Shown here in pieces: positions 41,643 through 52,413 of a DNA stretch of 64,000 nt. Position numbers and translations under genes: made by a program. The DNA lies in assembly GCA_963819815.1 (NCBI GenBank), contig CAWFXL010000001.1:1024001-1088000 (forward strand). Reading direction: 5' to 3'. The notes beneath the pieces are model-generated. The model had not been told where the DNA came from. It did no database searches and saw nothing but the letters and a program-made list of their open reading frames with translations. Numbering within the stretch: the stretch's first letter is position 1; every line of letters begins with the position of its first letter. This stretch comes from an uncultured bacterium. Lineage in GTDB: Bacteria; Babelota; Babeliae; Babelales; Babelaceae.

Positions 41643-42353
41643 ATGATTTATATCTACTTATTACTGAGCTGTTTTTTGGGAAATCTCACTGGACAGATTT
41701 TTTGCGAACGGGGAAAGCTTGAAACTAATGATAGTAAGATGGAAGAGATTTTTACCGAAGTTTACGAAAAAAATACATGGTGGAGCTCTGAATCAAGATC
41801 TGGTACGGGATCAACTTTAGCAAATACCGTATTTCTTAGAGAAGAGCTTGTGCAGCTTCTTTCTACCTTTCAAGTTTCGTCAATGCTTGATATTCCCTGT
41901 GGTGATTTCAATTGGATGAAAGCTGTAGACTTAAAAAGTTTGAAGTATATCGGTGCTGACCTGGTAAAACAAATAGTTATCGAAAACAATATAAGATTCC
42001 AGACAGATACAATAAAGTTTATGCACTTGAATGCATGTAAGGATACTCTACCAAGAGTTGATCTTATTTTTTGTAGAGACATGCTGCAGCATATGTCTTT
42101 AAAAGATATAAAGCTTGCACTTGCCAATTTTAAGAAGAGTGGTTCAAAATATTTATTAACCTCAACTTTTCCGCATGTAGACCTCTGGTATGATCTTGAA
42201 ACTGGGTTCGATTGCAGAGAAATAAATTTCCGAAATTCTCCATTCAATTTTCCAGCACCTCTTTACCTTATAGTTGAGAATAGCATTGATGTTCGCGGAA
42301 AATGTATGGGACTCTGGTTGCTGAAAGACATTCCTGATGAAGCTTTGTCGTGA
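41643..42353 (+). CDS. Class I SAM methyltransferase with signal-like N-terminus
   Basis: ESRSGTGS, LDIPCGDFNWM, YIGAD, CRDMLQH. Confidence 0.85.
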   Translation: MIYIYLLLSCFLGNLTGQIFCERGKLETNDSKMEEIFTEVYEKNTWWSSESRSGTGSTLANTVFLREELVQLLSTFQVSSMLDIPCGDFNWMKAVDLKSLKYIGADLVKQIVIENNIRFQTDTIKFMHLNACKDTLPRVDLIFCRDMLQHMSLKDIKLALANFKKSGSKYLLTSTFPHVDLWYDLETGFDCREINFRNSPFNFPAPLYLIVENSIDVRGKCMGLWLLKDIPDEALS

Positions 42354-42429
42354 AACTTCAAGGTCCCTTGTAGCTTTATCTATCAGCTCCTTTGCTTAAG
42401 AAATACAAGCATGCTTTTTTCAGACTTAC

Positions 42430-42755
42430 ATCAACCCATCATTTAAGACGGCAGAACTATTACAGAAAAAGTTTCTGAATGATATGGGCATTAAGAAATA
42501 TACGGCAGCTCATCATAAAGCGGGTTTTAACCTGTTAGATTTGGAAGGCATTAACATCGATGTTATTCTGCTTTCTCAATTTCACCCGGAACAAGAGTTT
42601 ACGAACCAAATGCCCTCACTGCTAAACCATGAGAATTGTAGACATCTTGAATCAGTTCTTCAGCTTGAGTAATCTCGTTTGTTTGGCCAGAACTTGCAGT
42701 GGTTTTCCAACAGCATATAATATGCTGCATGTGTTTTCGTTGAATACCCACACTA
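42430..42755 (-). mobile_element. Heavily degraded IS5-family transposase remnant
   Basis: Frameshifted GYSTKTHAA, AVGKPL, GQTNEITQAEELI, FCRLK segments; limits approximate. Confidence 0.6.
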
Positions 42756-42904
42756 AATACAACATTTTTCTACTAGCAATCCAATCTACATTATGATAAC
42801 TATGCACAATAATCTCTTCTGCACGTATTTCAAGAGACACATTGAAATGTTTATTACTTTTACTTAACCCCCGTAAAGCTCAAAGCTATTCTATAAACAT
42901 AACG

Positions 42905-43019
42905 TTTTGGCAACAGACTAAATGCACACTCATTAGTGTGGGCATATACTCTTTTCAGTAAGAACTGCTCACTTGGGCCTGATTCTAAAGTGAGAGCTCA
43001 GATAGCCTTACCTTTTTGC
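42905..43019 (+). repeat. Degenerate dispersed repeat, copy B
   Basis: Homologous to 41450-41551 with a short insertion. Confidence 0.75.
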
Positions 43020-43075
43020 ATCTTAATTTAAAACAAAGTCTTGCTTGGATTGCTTGTACAATTTGCAAATTGGTT

Positions 43076-44338
43076 CTATTTCACAATATCACAATATTTA
43101 TCGTAGAGCTCTTTTGAATTCGTCATCAGATAGTTCTCACCAATAATATTCTCAGGCCCGAGAATAACTTTTTTAGGAATCACCAACATGTGAAACTTAT
43201 TTTTCAAGTCCTTCCACAGATATCTTTTTACCCATTCTCTTCCCTGCTCCGCACTTTTCTTATACTCAGAATAATTAGAGTAGACTTTCCTTAGTTCTTT
43301 GCGGACATCCTCAATACTACAGTGAAAATTGTAACCGCAATCTCCAAAATCAAGACTCCCATACGTAGCTTTGTTTGGTATATTAGAGCAAACGCCAGAC
43401 ACATAACCACTATTGCAAATAGTAGCATGTGCAGTATTATTACTAATGATTGTAGGGATACCAAGAGCCAGGGCTTCGCGTGGAGTAATTGAAAATCCTT
43501 CACCCTTTGAGACAAGAACATAGCAATCAAAGCTTTTCATTAATTCTATGTACTTTTCATGCGAAAGTGACTTATTGCTAAGTATTATTGAAGGTATCGA
43601 ATTAGGTTCAACCTTACTCTTTACTGCTTCAAAATAGTAGCCCCCGTTGCCATGGAGAACCAACTCCACACTATCATCCCCAGCAAATTCAGCAAGAAAA
43701 GCATCTATTAATAAATGATGGTTCTTTCTATCTATAAATGTGCTACAGCATCCAAATCTAAATGGTTTATTTGGGGCTTTTTTGATCGGTTGTTGGAGAA
43801 AATCTTCGAGATAAATTCCGTGTGGTAAAACAAAAATCGGTATTGTAACGCCACTCATTACATAAGTCTCAACGAGCCATTCATCAGGTACGATCACTGC
43901 ATCAAAGTTCTCATTAAAATTGGCAACCCATTTTTTTGGTATTCGTGTGCTCTCTAACATTGAGTAAGCAAGTTTAATATGGCTTTTTATAGCATTTACT
44001 TCATCATAGCTGCTCCAGGCAAGGTACCAATACAAAAGTGCTACATTACCAGCTGTTATATCATCATTTTGTCTCCCAAGGTCAAAATGATTGATTTTAA
44101 GATCATTTTTTAAGATATCTGCAATCCCAATGCCTATGCTTCCTAGTCCAGTATCAGATTGTGCTACCCCTATTAACGATAGATCAATAGGTGACGGCGT
44201 AAATGATTTAACTTGGCCAAGTTCACGTTTATTGTTTGGCACCATGAATTTCTGCCCTTTTCTATCACCTTCCTCACAAGATATTTCGTGGGTAGATACC
44301 AGCAATAAACAACCAATTAGCATTCTGCAAAACAGCAT
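43076..44338 (-). CDS. GT4 (GT-B) glycosyltransferase with signal-like N-terminus
   Basis: YSMLESTRIP, RKNH, SKGEGFSITPREALALG; tandem paralog of 44402-45679. Confidence 0.88.
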   Translation of the reverse strand: MLFCRMLIGCLLLVSTHEISCEEGDRKGQKFMVPNNKRELGQVKSFTPSPIDLSLIGVAQSDTGLGSIGIGIADILKNDLKINHFDLGRQNDDITAGNVALLYWYLAWSSYDEVNAIKSHIKLAYSMLESTRIPKKWVANFNENFDAVIVPDEWLVETYVMSGVTIPIFVLPHGIYLEDFLQQPIKKAPNKPFRFGCCSTFIDRKNHHLLIDAFLAEFAGDDSVELVLHGNGGYYFEAVKSKVEPNSIPSIILSNKSLSHEKYIELMKSFDCYVLVSKGEGFSITPREALALGIPTIISNNTAHATICNSGYVSGVCSNIPNKATYGSLDFGDCGYNFHCSIEDVRKELRKVYSNYSEYKKSAEQGREWVKRYLWKDLKNKFHMLVIPKKVILGPENIIGENYLMTNSKELYDKYCDIVK

Positions 44339-44401
44339 GATTAATCCTTCCTTTCTTAAGAGTCTTGGTTAAGACTTCATTTTTCAAACCTAAAAATAGC
44401 T

Positions 44402-45679
44402 CTAAACCTCATGTCCCATAGATGCAATGTTGCAATATTTATTATAAAGCTCTCTAGAATTAGTCATCAAAAAATCTTCTCCAATAATATTTTCGTTTCC
44501 AAGGATAACCTCTTTAGGTTTCACCAACATGAGAAACTTGTTTTTCATGTTTTCCCAAGTATATTGTTTTACCCACTCTCTTCCCTCTACCGCAATTTTT
44601 TTGTGCTCAGCGTAATTAGAATAGACTTTCCTCAGTTCTTTACGAACGGCAGCAATATTACAATTAAAGTTGTCACCGCAATCTCCGAGATTATACGAGG
44701 AGGGATACTCAGCTTTATTCCGTATATTTGAGGGAACTCCAAATACATATCCACTATTACAAATTGTAATGTGTCCAGTATTATTACTAAGGATCGTAGG
44801 AGTTCCTAGTGCGAGCTCCTGACGAGGCGTAATTGAATACCCTTCCCCCTTTGAGAGAAGGACATAACAATCAATACTTTTCATAAACTCTATATACTCC
44901 TTACGTGTTAGCGTATTATGATTACTAATTTTTATTGATGGCACCGAAGATGCCTTAACCTTTCGTAGGGTCTCTTCAAGGTATTTTCCACCACCATCGC
45001 CATGAAGCACTAACTCAACGTTATGGTCTCCGGCAAATTCAGCTTGGAATGCATCAATTAATAGATGCTGATTCTTTCTATCGCAAAATGTAGCACATGA
45101 ACCAAATCTAAATGGCTTTGCATGAGTCGCCCTAATAGGCTCATTTAGAAAATCTTCGAGATAAATTCCATGGGGTAGTACAAAAATCGGTACAGTTACT
45201 CCACATGTTAAATATACATCCTTAAGCCACTCATCAGGTATGATCACAGCATCAAAGTTCTTATTGAAATTATTTACCCACATTTCAGGTATTTTTGTAC
45301 TCTCTAACATAGAATAAGCAAGTCTAACATAACTTTTTACAGAGTTTACCCTATTGCATTCTTCGACGTTGTATATTGGAAAATAAAGCAAAGCTACATT
45401 ACCTGGGGTTTTATCAGTATTTTGTAATATTTCTACTATATTTGATGGGATATTGTCATAAATAAAAATTCGGCCTATGTGCGAATAGTAATTGATTTTT
45501 ATATCATCTTTCAATACATCTATAATCCCTACCCCTATGCTTCCTAACCCAGTATTAGACTCCGCCAGTCCAATCAATGTTAAATCAATAGGAGAAGGTA
45601 CAAACGCATGTATTGGAAATGATAGGATAATAAAATAGTGCACCTTATTAATGCCCCGAAGGAACCGGTGGAATAACAT
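44402..45679 (-). CDS. GT4 (GT-B) glycosyltransferase
   Basis: YSMLESTKIP, RKNQ, SKGEGYSITPRQELALG. Confidence 0.88.
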   Translation of the reverse strand: MLFHRFLRGINKVHYFIILSFPIHAFVPSPIDLTLIGLAESNTGLGSIGVGIIDVLKDDIKINYYSHIGRIFIYDNIPSNIVEILQNTDKTPGNVALLYFPIYNVEECNRVNSVKSYVRLAYSMLESTKIPEMWVNNFNKNFDAVIIPDEWLKDVYLTCGVTVPIFVLPHGIYLEDFLNEPIRATHAKPFRFGSCATFCDRKNQHLLIDAFQAEFAGDHNVELVLHGDGGGKYLEETLRKVKASSVPSIKISNHNTLTRKEYIEFMKSIDCYVLLSKGEGYSITPRQELALGTPTILSNNTGHITICNSGYVFGVPSNIRNKAEYPSSYNLGDCGDNFNCNIAAVRKELRKVYSNYAEHKKIAVEGREWVKQYTWENMKNKFLMLVKPKEVILGNENIIGEDFLMTNSRELYNKYCNIASMGHEV

Positions 45680-45959
45680 TCACTCTCCCATGAATATTGG
45701 TTGCTGCCGTATTTAGACCCAGTTATATACAATTAAGGACTCCGACAATAAACTACTATCTATTTGTCTTTCTAAATACTAATAATAATAAGATTATAAA
45801 TGCAAGAGTTTCATACATCTCTGTCGGAACGCAATTAGAATGTCCTCTTTTTTTAAGTTTGTATTCTGGTTTCTCTATTTCTACGTAGTTAAGTCATTGG
45901 TTGCCTACCTCAAGTGATATTGTCCCATCGAATGCTATGCTTATCGAGATAGAAGATCC

Positions 45960-46131
45960 CTTCTGTAGCTCTTTTTTCATAAGCAAGAACCATGTGCCCA
46001 TATAGCGAATAGTTCGACTTCCGTTTATTTTACGTTTTCTTTAATACGAAAGATGGAGTTAAGATTAATTCCTTCAATGGAGCGATGAGGGTTAACATTT
46101 TCAATGGCACTACAGTGAATTTTTCATTATA
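45960..46131 (-). mobile_element. Second ISNCY (IS1202-like) transposase remnant
   Basis: Nucleotide homology to 36270-36436; YNEKF..HRSIEGINLNSIFRIK. Confidence 0.65.
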
Positions 46132-46419
46132 AGGCCTTATTACCTGTTAATTGAAGAGGTTAACTTTCCGCTCCCTTATAGAGAAGAAACTCAATAACAG
46201 GAAGCTGAGCTGCCGTAACTGACCTTTTTAAAAGGGTATCTCCAAATTTATCTTGAAAATTTATCGGTACACCCTTTAAGATAAACTCTTGCCCCTAGGC
46301 AAGTCTCCAAATTGAACTGCACTGAGAAGATCAGTGCTGGACCCGCAACAAGGTAAAGTCTATGCCTTTTTATTATTCGTAAAGCAACAGTTACACATCG
46401 TCAAGTTCTGCCGGAAATT

Positions 46420-46785
46420 TTATTCTGGGTGTATTTTGAGCAATTCGACCTTAAAGCGCAAAGTCGCCTGAGGAGGTATTGCTGCTCCTGCTCCACGTGC
46501 TCCATAGGCCAACTGTGGGGGAAGAATAATGTACCGAATTTCTCCTTCATGCATCTCAAGAAGTGTTTCATCCCACCCCTTAATAACCTGGCCTACTCCA
46601 ACTACAAAAGAAAAGGGACGGCCCCGATCATGGCTACTGTCAAACTTTTTACCCTGCTCCCCTGCATTATCAAGCCATCCCGTATAATGAACGTCTACGA
46701 CGTCGCCAGGAGTAGGAGTATGGTCTCCTGAGCCCTCTTTTTCAATATGATACTGAAGCCCATCAGGGCGAGTGATAAATTCCAT
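46420..46785 (-). CDS. FKBP-type peptidyl-prolyl isomerase (soluble)
   Basis: [38 protein letters not shown] before ATG 46785. Confidence 0.95.
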   Translation of the reverse strand: MEFITRPDGLQYHIEKEGSGDHTPTPGDVVDVHYTGWLDNAGEQGKKFDSSHDRGRPFSFVVGVGQVIKGWDETLLEMHEGEIRYIILPPQLAYGARGAGAAIPPQATLRFKVELLKIHPE

Positions 46786-46844
46786 GGTTCTCCGCTGGTA
46801 ATGCAAACAGGGCATCATAGTTTGATGCCCTGTATACGTGCTCT

Positions 46845-47321
46845 TTATTTAACTTTGAGAAGTTCAACTCTAAACCGAAGTGTTGAATTTGGTGGAATTT
46901 TAGCAACTGACATCGATCCATAGGCAAGTTGAGGAGGAAGAATAATGTAGCGAACTTCACCCTCTTTCATTTCGGCCACGGTTATATCCCACCCAGGAAT
47001 AACGGTACCGGTACCTACCTTAAACGAAAATGGTTGACCCCTATCGACGCTACTGTCAAACTTGGTTCCCTCTAGCCCATTAACATCAAGCCATCCGGTA
47101 TAGTGCACGTCTACTTGACCACCTTTGACAGGTTTACGCCCTTCACCATGTTTCTCAATGCGATACTTGATTCCTTCAGGACTTGTTATAAAGTCCTCGG
47201 CCGTGGCAGGTTCAGCAACTTTTTCCGAAGTAGGCTCATTCTTTTTAGTAATGGCCCAAAGCGTCAGTCCAACGCCACCAAGTAAGGCTACTCCCAGAAG
47301 AACTAAAGTATTTCTTTTCAT
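46845..47321 (-). CDS. FKBP-type peptidyl-prolyl isomerase with N-terminal membrane anchor
   Basis: [50 protein letters not shown]. Confidence 0.93.
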   Translation of the reverse strand: MKRNTLVLLGVALLGGVGLTLWAITKKNEPTSEKVAEPATAEDFITSPEGIKYRIEKHGEGRKPVKGGQVDVHYTGWLDVNGLEGTKFDSSVDRGQPFSFKVGTGTVIPGWDITVAEMKEGEVRYIILPPQLAYGSMSVAKIPPNSTLRFRVELLKVK

Positions 47322-47397
47322 AAAATCCTCCTATGAAAATGATGCATGGTTAAAATACTACAATGCGTATAACTCTATCACTAATTAAAACCAAGAT

Positions 47398-48651
47398 CTA
47401 GACCCTTTTTACCCATTGGGCAAGAAACGTTCCCAGCTCTTGGGTAGGTATCATATGACTTTCAGGTTGGAATCGCAACTTGCCTTCAATAACCTCTTTT
47501 TCAGCCGTTTTATCGCTCATAACCAATCGGAGCGGTATTCCAATAAGGTCCGAATCGGCAAACTTTTGTCCTGGGCGTGCGTCACGATCATCATACAATA
47601 CTTCATAGCCTTTGCTTTGAAGCTCAAGATACAATGCGTGAGCTTTCTCCTGAATAAGAGAATTATTCGATAGAGAAAGAAGATGAATATCAAAGGGCGC
47701 TACGGAAGCTGGCCAAATAATGCCCTGGGCATCATGCAAGGCTTCTACTATGGTTCCCATAAGTCTTGTCGTACCTAACCCATAACAACCCATAGGAACA
47801 GGATGCTGGGCATCTTCGCTATCTCTATACACCAGATTAAACGGTTGTGAAAATCGATACATGAGTTTAAAGATGTTTCCTACTTCAATGGACTTATGCT
47901 CAATAAGATCTTTTGAGCCACATTTAGGGCAGCTTGATTGCTCTGCGATAATTTCATGATTGATACCTATTTTGCATGAGGTACAGACATAGATCGTATC
48001 CTCCCCATAGGGAGTCACGGTCTGAAACTCATGTGAATATTTACTAAACGTACCTCCAGCTGCATAGGTAAAGTAGGTTATATCCCCAAGGCCACAGCGT
48101 TCAAATATCCGAGTGTATGCATCGGTGACACGATCATAATAAAGATTGAGATCTTCTTCAGTCTTATGAAATGAGTACAGATCTTTCATACGAAACTCCC
48201 GGCCACGCAACAGCCCAGATTTAGGACGAGCTTCATTGCGAAATTTCGTTTGTATCTGGTACACGGCACGAGGCAGATCTTTATAGGAAGTAATAAATGA
48301 AGTCACTAACGGGGTCACGACCTCCTCGTGCGTAGGCCCTAAACAGAGATCACGGTCACCCGCCTTGAGCTTATATAACACATCAACCGTGTCCCACCTG
48401 CCCGTAATTTCCCAGGGCTCCTTTGGCTGCAATGAGGGCATTAAAATCTCCTGAGCGCCGAGCTCATTCATCGTATCCCGGACAATGGTTTCAATCTTAG
48501 TAAGCACACGATATCCAAGAGGGAGATAGGTAAATACCCCAGCCATAAGCTTAGAAATATAGCCAGCACGCTCAAGAAGCTGTGCATTAATACTATGTTC
48601 CTGTTGCGATATCTCTTTTCGTGTTTTAGTGAGCAACTGCGACTGTCTCAT
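47398..48651 (-). CDS. proS: Proline-tRNA ligase, short form
   Basis: LGPTHEE, FRNEARP.SGLLRGREF, GCYGLG; about 417 aa, so no INS editing domain. Confidence 0.95.
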   Translation of the reverse strand: MRQSQLLTKTRKEISQQEHSINAQLLERAGYISKLMAGVFTYLPLGYRVLTKIETIVRDTMNELGAQEILMPSLQPKEPWEITGRWDTVDVLYKLKAGDRDLCLGPTHEEVVTPLVTSFITSYKDLPRAVYQIQTKFRNEARPKSGLLRGREFRMKDLYSFHKTEEDLNLYYDRVTDAYTRIFERCGLGDITYFTYAAGGTFSKYSHEFQTVTPYGEDTIYVCTSCKIGINHEIIAEQSSCPKCGSKDLIEHKSIEVGNIFKLMYRFSQPFNLVYRDSEDAQHPVPMGCYGLGTTRLMGTIVEALHDAQGIIWPASVAPFDIHLLSLSNNSLIQEKAHALYLELQSKGYEVLYDDRDARPGQKFADSDLIGIPLRLVMSDKTAEKEVIEGKLRFQPESHMIPTQELGTFLAQWVKRV

Positions 48652-48659
48652 GCATCTCC

Positions 48660-49118
48660 TCAATAGGTAATTTTTCCTTTTAATTCACGGCGCGTCTCCC
48701 GTTGTATATCGCGCTCTTTAATCGCCTCTTTAATGCCATGTGCTTTCTTATGCTTAGCAAGGCCAATCTCTACTTTGACAAGCCCTTTGCCGGTGATATA
48801 GACCTTCAAGGGAACTGCCGTAACTCCTTTGCGAGCTATCTCGCTCATAAGCTTCCTCAGCTCTCTTTTAGTGAGTAAAAGCTTTCGAGAACGCTTTGCT
48901 AACTCTTCTGCTTTTGCGTAAGCATGAGAATAGGGAGATATATTGGCATTGAGAAGATAGAGTTCATTATTATGAACGGTAGCATAGGCTCCTACGAGGG
49001 ATATATGGCCAGCACGGATAGACTTAACCTCATCTCCCGTAAGCACGATACCAGCTTCCCATCGATCCAAAATATCATACTCATGGAATGCTTTTTTATT
49101 CTGAGCAATGACTTTCAT
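48660..49118 (-). CDS. smpB: SsrA-binding protein
   Basis: NKKAFHEY, EAGIVLTGDEVKSIR, RKLLL. Confidence 0.97.
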   Translation of the reverse strand: MKVIAQNKKAFHEYDILDRWEAGIVLTGDEVKSIRAGHISLVGAYATVHNNELYLLNANISPYSHAYAKAEELAKRSRKLLLTKRELRKLMSEIARKGVTAVPLKVYITGKGLVKVEIGLAKHKKAHGIKEAIKERDIQRETRRELKGKITY

Positions 49119-49121
49119 AGT

Positions 49122-49616
49122 CTATACTTTTTGTTTCTCAAGCTGTATGGCAATGCGCGATAAAATTCGCGTTAGCAGAGGATATAAGGGAAGGCATATC
49201 ATAGTCGCTAACAGAAAACCACCACCTAATAAGTACCATAAACACAGCTCTGCACCTATATATTGTTTCAAATCAACATACTTAGATAAAAAGGTATTAA
49301 ACCGTTCTACCCACCAGGGATTATACTGTATTAAATCGATTCCGACTACCTTGGTAAAAAACCATGCACCAAGAGCATAGCCCGAAACATAGATGGGGAT
49401 TAAGGTTATGGGGTTATTCACAATATATAAAGTTGCCACGGCAACGCCAACATTAAGGCCTAAAAGCCAACCAAGCACCATAACTAACGGTGTTTGCAGT
49501 GGAATTGTAGGAGTTAATGCGATAAAAGTTCCTAAACATAAAGAGGCAGAAACCTTTTGCACACTGCGTTCCTTAAGTAAGAGGTTCTCAAACCACTTAC
49601 GCAACCTTTTTGCCAT
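49122..49616 (-). CDS. DUF2062 family membrane protein
   Basis: LGTFIALTP..QT..NNPIT..PIY pattern; TM helices. Confidence 0.8.
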   Translation of the reverse strand: MAKRLRKWFENLLLKERSVQKVSASLCLGTFIALTPTIPLQTPLVMVLGWLLGLNVGVAVATLYIVNNPITLIPIYVSGYALGAWFFTKVVGIDLIQYNPWWVERFNTFLSKYVDLKQYIGAELCLWYLLGGGFLLATMICLPLYPLLTRILSRIAIQLEKQKV

Positions 49617-49866
49617 TGTCTACCTTTTTAATAGCCAGCATTTTCAAGCTTTGCTAGCAGTATACCTGTTTTTAAGGCCCTAAGAAAAGGGTTCGCCCAT
49701 TTTGGTAGGGCTCAAAATAATACTCAAGCGTTGAAATATTAAGATCAGGTGTCTGCTTATGATGTGTATGTGCAGAATAGACAAACTCGTAGCCATTACC
49801 CTGTTACCTATTCCTCCCTCATGATTTAGCGGGTATACTAAGTAGAAAGCTTTACAGAAAGGTCTC

Positions 49867-50886
49867 ATGGAATCATTGATATTTGGTATAGAAACCTCAT
49901 GTGATGAGATTGCCGCAGCAGTCTACTCAAACACGAGAGGAGTCCTCTCCAATGAGCTCTACTCCCAGATAGAACTCCATGCTCTCTATGGAGGAGTAGT
50001 CCCCGAGATAGCTTCTCGTTCACATCTTGAAAAAATAAGACCCATCTGTGAAGCAGCATTGGCCAAAGCTGGCGTCACTCTGTCAGATATCTCAACGATT
50101 GCAGTCACCTCTAAACCTGGATTGCCGGGCTCATTGCTTGTCGGGTTAAGCTTTGCAAAAGCGATTGCCTGGGCATCGGGCAAAAACCTCATAGGGATAA
50201 ACCACCTAGAAGGACATATTTTCTCGGCCTGCATTGAGCAAGACATCCCCTTTCCCTTTCTTTGCTTAACTGCTTCAGGTGGACATACTGCTCTTTATAT
50301 GGTCCATGATTATGGAACCTTTACCTTATTGGGGCAAACTCTTGATGATGCAGCTGGAGAAGCCTTTGATAAAATAGCAAAGTTTATGAATTTGCCCTAT
50401 CCAGGTGGCCCCATCATTGAAACACTCGCCGCTGAGGCGTCTTTTCAAGACTTCTTCCACTATCCACAACCTATGAAGCATAGCTTAGATTTTAGCTTTT
50501 CTGGCCTCAAGACTGCAGTGCTCTATAACCTGGTTTCTCAAGGTGCCTACGATCTTAAAGAAAAGCGCTTCCTAAAAAATGACGACCTTGAGTTGAAGCA
50601 AAAAGTGGCAAGCTCATTTTTGGTATGCATAGGAGATATCTTTGAGCATAGGCTCACCATGGTCCTAAAAGAACATACACCGAAAGCAATCGCCTTTGTA
50701 GGAGGAGTTGCCTGTAATAGGTACCTGGGTGACAGATTACGTACCTTTGGCAACAAAAATGGATTGACCGTCTATACCCCTTCAAGGCAGTACTGCACCG
50801 ACAATGGTGCTATGATAGCATTCGTTGGTAATTATAAAGCACAGCAAGGTGCCTTCTCGTCGCTTACCTTGGACTTGTTTGAGTAA
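49867..50886 (+). CDS. tsaD: tRNA N6-adenosine threonylcarbamoyltransferase
   Basis: GIETSCDE, GGVVPEIASRSH, HLEGH, TLDDAAGEAFDK, CTDNGAMIA. Confidence 0.97.
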   Translation: MESLIFGIETSCDEIAAAVYSNTRGVLSNELYSQIELHALYGGVVPEIASRSHLEKIRPICEAALAKAGVTLSDISTIAVTSKPGLPGSLLVGLSFAKAIAWASGKNLIGINHLEGHIFSACIEQDIPFPFLCLTASGGHTALYMVHDYGTFTLLGQTLDDAAGEAFDKIAKFMNLPYPGGPIIETLAAEASFQDFFHYPQPMKHSLDFSFSGLKTAVLYNLVSQGAYDLKEKRFLKNDDLELKQKVASSFLVCIGDIFEHRLTMVLKEHTPKAIAFVGGVACNRYLGDRLRTFGNKNGLTVYTPSRQYCTDNGAMIAFVGNYKAQQGAFSSLTLDLFE

Positions 50887-50917
50887 CGCAGATCAATCTT
50901 CTGCAGTATGCAAGATC

Positions 50918-52213
50918 TTATGACGAAGATGAAGAAGTTGGTGTTGTTGTTGCAGTCTTTTTCATCGAATCGATAAACTCATCGTTCGTCTTAAACTTCT
51001 TAATCTTATCGATCAGAAACTCCATACCTTCTACCGTGTTCATACCACTCAGGAACTTACGAAGAATCCAGATCTTATTAAGCTGATCTTCATCCATAAG
51101 AAGATCTTCGCGACGGGTTCCTGATTGCAAGAGATCAAAGGCAGGAAATGTACGTCGGTTAGAAAGCTTACGACTCAGATGCATCTCCATATTACCAGTT
51201 CCCTTAAACTCTTCATAAATAACCTCGTCCATACGTGAACCGGTTTCTACAAGAGCAGTACCTATGATCGTTAACGACCCAGCTTCTTCAGTCTTACGAG
51301 CAGCACCAAAGAAACGTTTAGGATGTTGTAAGGCTGTCGCATCAATACCACCGGTAAGCACCTTCCCTGAAGCAGGGGCTACGGTATTATAGGCACGAGC
51401 AAGCCTCGTAATCGAATCAAGAAGAACGACAACATCATACCCCACCTCAACCAAGCGCCGTGCTTTTTCTATGACAATTTCGGCAACTTGCACATGGCGC
51501 TCTGCAGGTTCATCGAACGTTGAGCTAATAACCTGAGCATGGTTCATGCCAACCACCGCATATTTCATCTCGGTGACCTCTTCAGGACGCTCATCGACAA
51601 GCAGCACAATGATATATGTCTCAGGATTATTTGCAGCTATTGCCTGGGTAAGCTCCTTTAGAAGAACCGTTTTACCGGTCTTTGGTGGTGCAACGATTAA
51701 ACCACGTTGCCCTTTACCTATAGGGGTAAACAGATCCATAATTCTTGTTGATATCGCGGTCGGATTGTGTTCAAGAGTAAATTTCTGAGTAGGATGATGA
51801 GGAGTTAAGCGCTCAAAGAAAGCTCTATCTATAAGAACTGAAGGATCCTTATAGTTCACTAAATCAACTTTAAGCAATGCAAAATACTTTTCACCCTCTT
51901 TTGGCTTTCTGATGACTCCTGAAATAGTATCCCCTGTTCTGAGCCCAAAACGTCTAATCTGAGAAGGTGATACGTAGATGTCATCAGGACCTGACACGTA
52001 GTCGAACTTCGCTGAACGTAAGAAACCAAAACCATCGGGTAATTTTTCAAGAACCCCTTCAACCGGTATTTCTTTATCTGGATTTTCTTTAAGGTCGATA
52101 ATATTTTTTATAAGATCTGGCTTCGACATGAGGGAAGAACCCACTACGCCAACTTTACGAGCTTGGATCAATAGCTCAGCTAATGGTAGCTTTTTTAATT
52201 CTTGATCTTTCAT
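50918..52213 (-). CDS. rho: Transcription termination factor Rho
   Basis: [49 protein letters not shown]. Confidence 0.98.
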   Translation of the reverse strand: MKDQELKKLPLAELLIQARKVGVVGSSLMSKPDLIKNIIDLKENPDKEIPVEGVLEKLPDGFGFLRSAKFDYVSGPDDIYVSPSQIRRFGLRTGDTISGVIRKPKEGEKYFALLKVDLVNYKDPSVLIDRAFFERLTPHHPTQKFTLEHNPTAISTRIMDLFTPIGKGQRGLIVAPPKTGKTVLLKELTQAIAANNPETYIIVLLVDERPEEVTEMKYAVVGMNHAQVISSTFDEPAERHVQVAEIVIEKARRLVEVGYDVVVLLDSITRLARAYNTVAPASGKVLTGGIDATALQHPKRFFGAARKTEEAGSLTIIGTALVETGSRMDEVIYEEFKGTGNMEMHLSRKLSNRRTFPAFDLLQSGTRREDLLMDEDQLNKIWILRKFLSGMNTVEGMEFLIDKIKKFKTNDEFIDSMKKTATTTPTSSSSS

Positions 52214-52413
52214 AGAACCTGTAACTCCTTTCCCATCCGGGATAAGTAACTCTATAAGAGTAATTGTGATTTTTTTAGAAAATAGATACGTATTTCGTTA
52301 GTAGTAATTGGGGAGCAAACTAGGAAAAGTCTGCAATCTTTTTAGTATTAAGCCTCACAGCCTACAAGGGTAGAAGCAAAATAACTGTTTGTTGTGCTTT
52401 CAAGTACCAGTAA

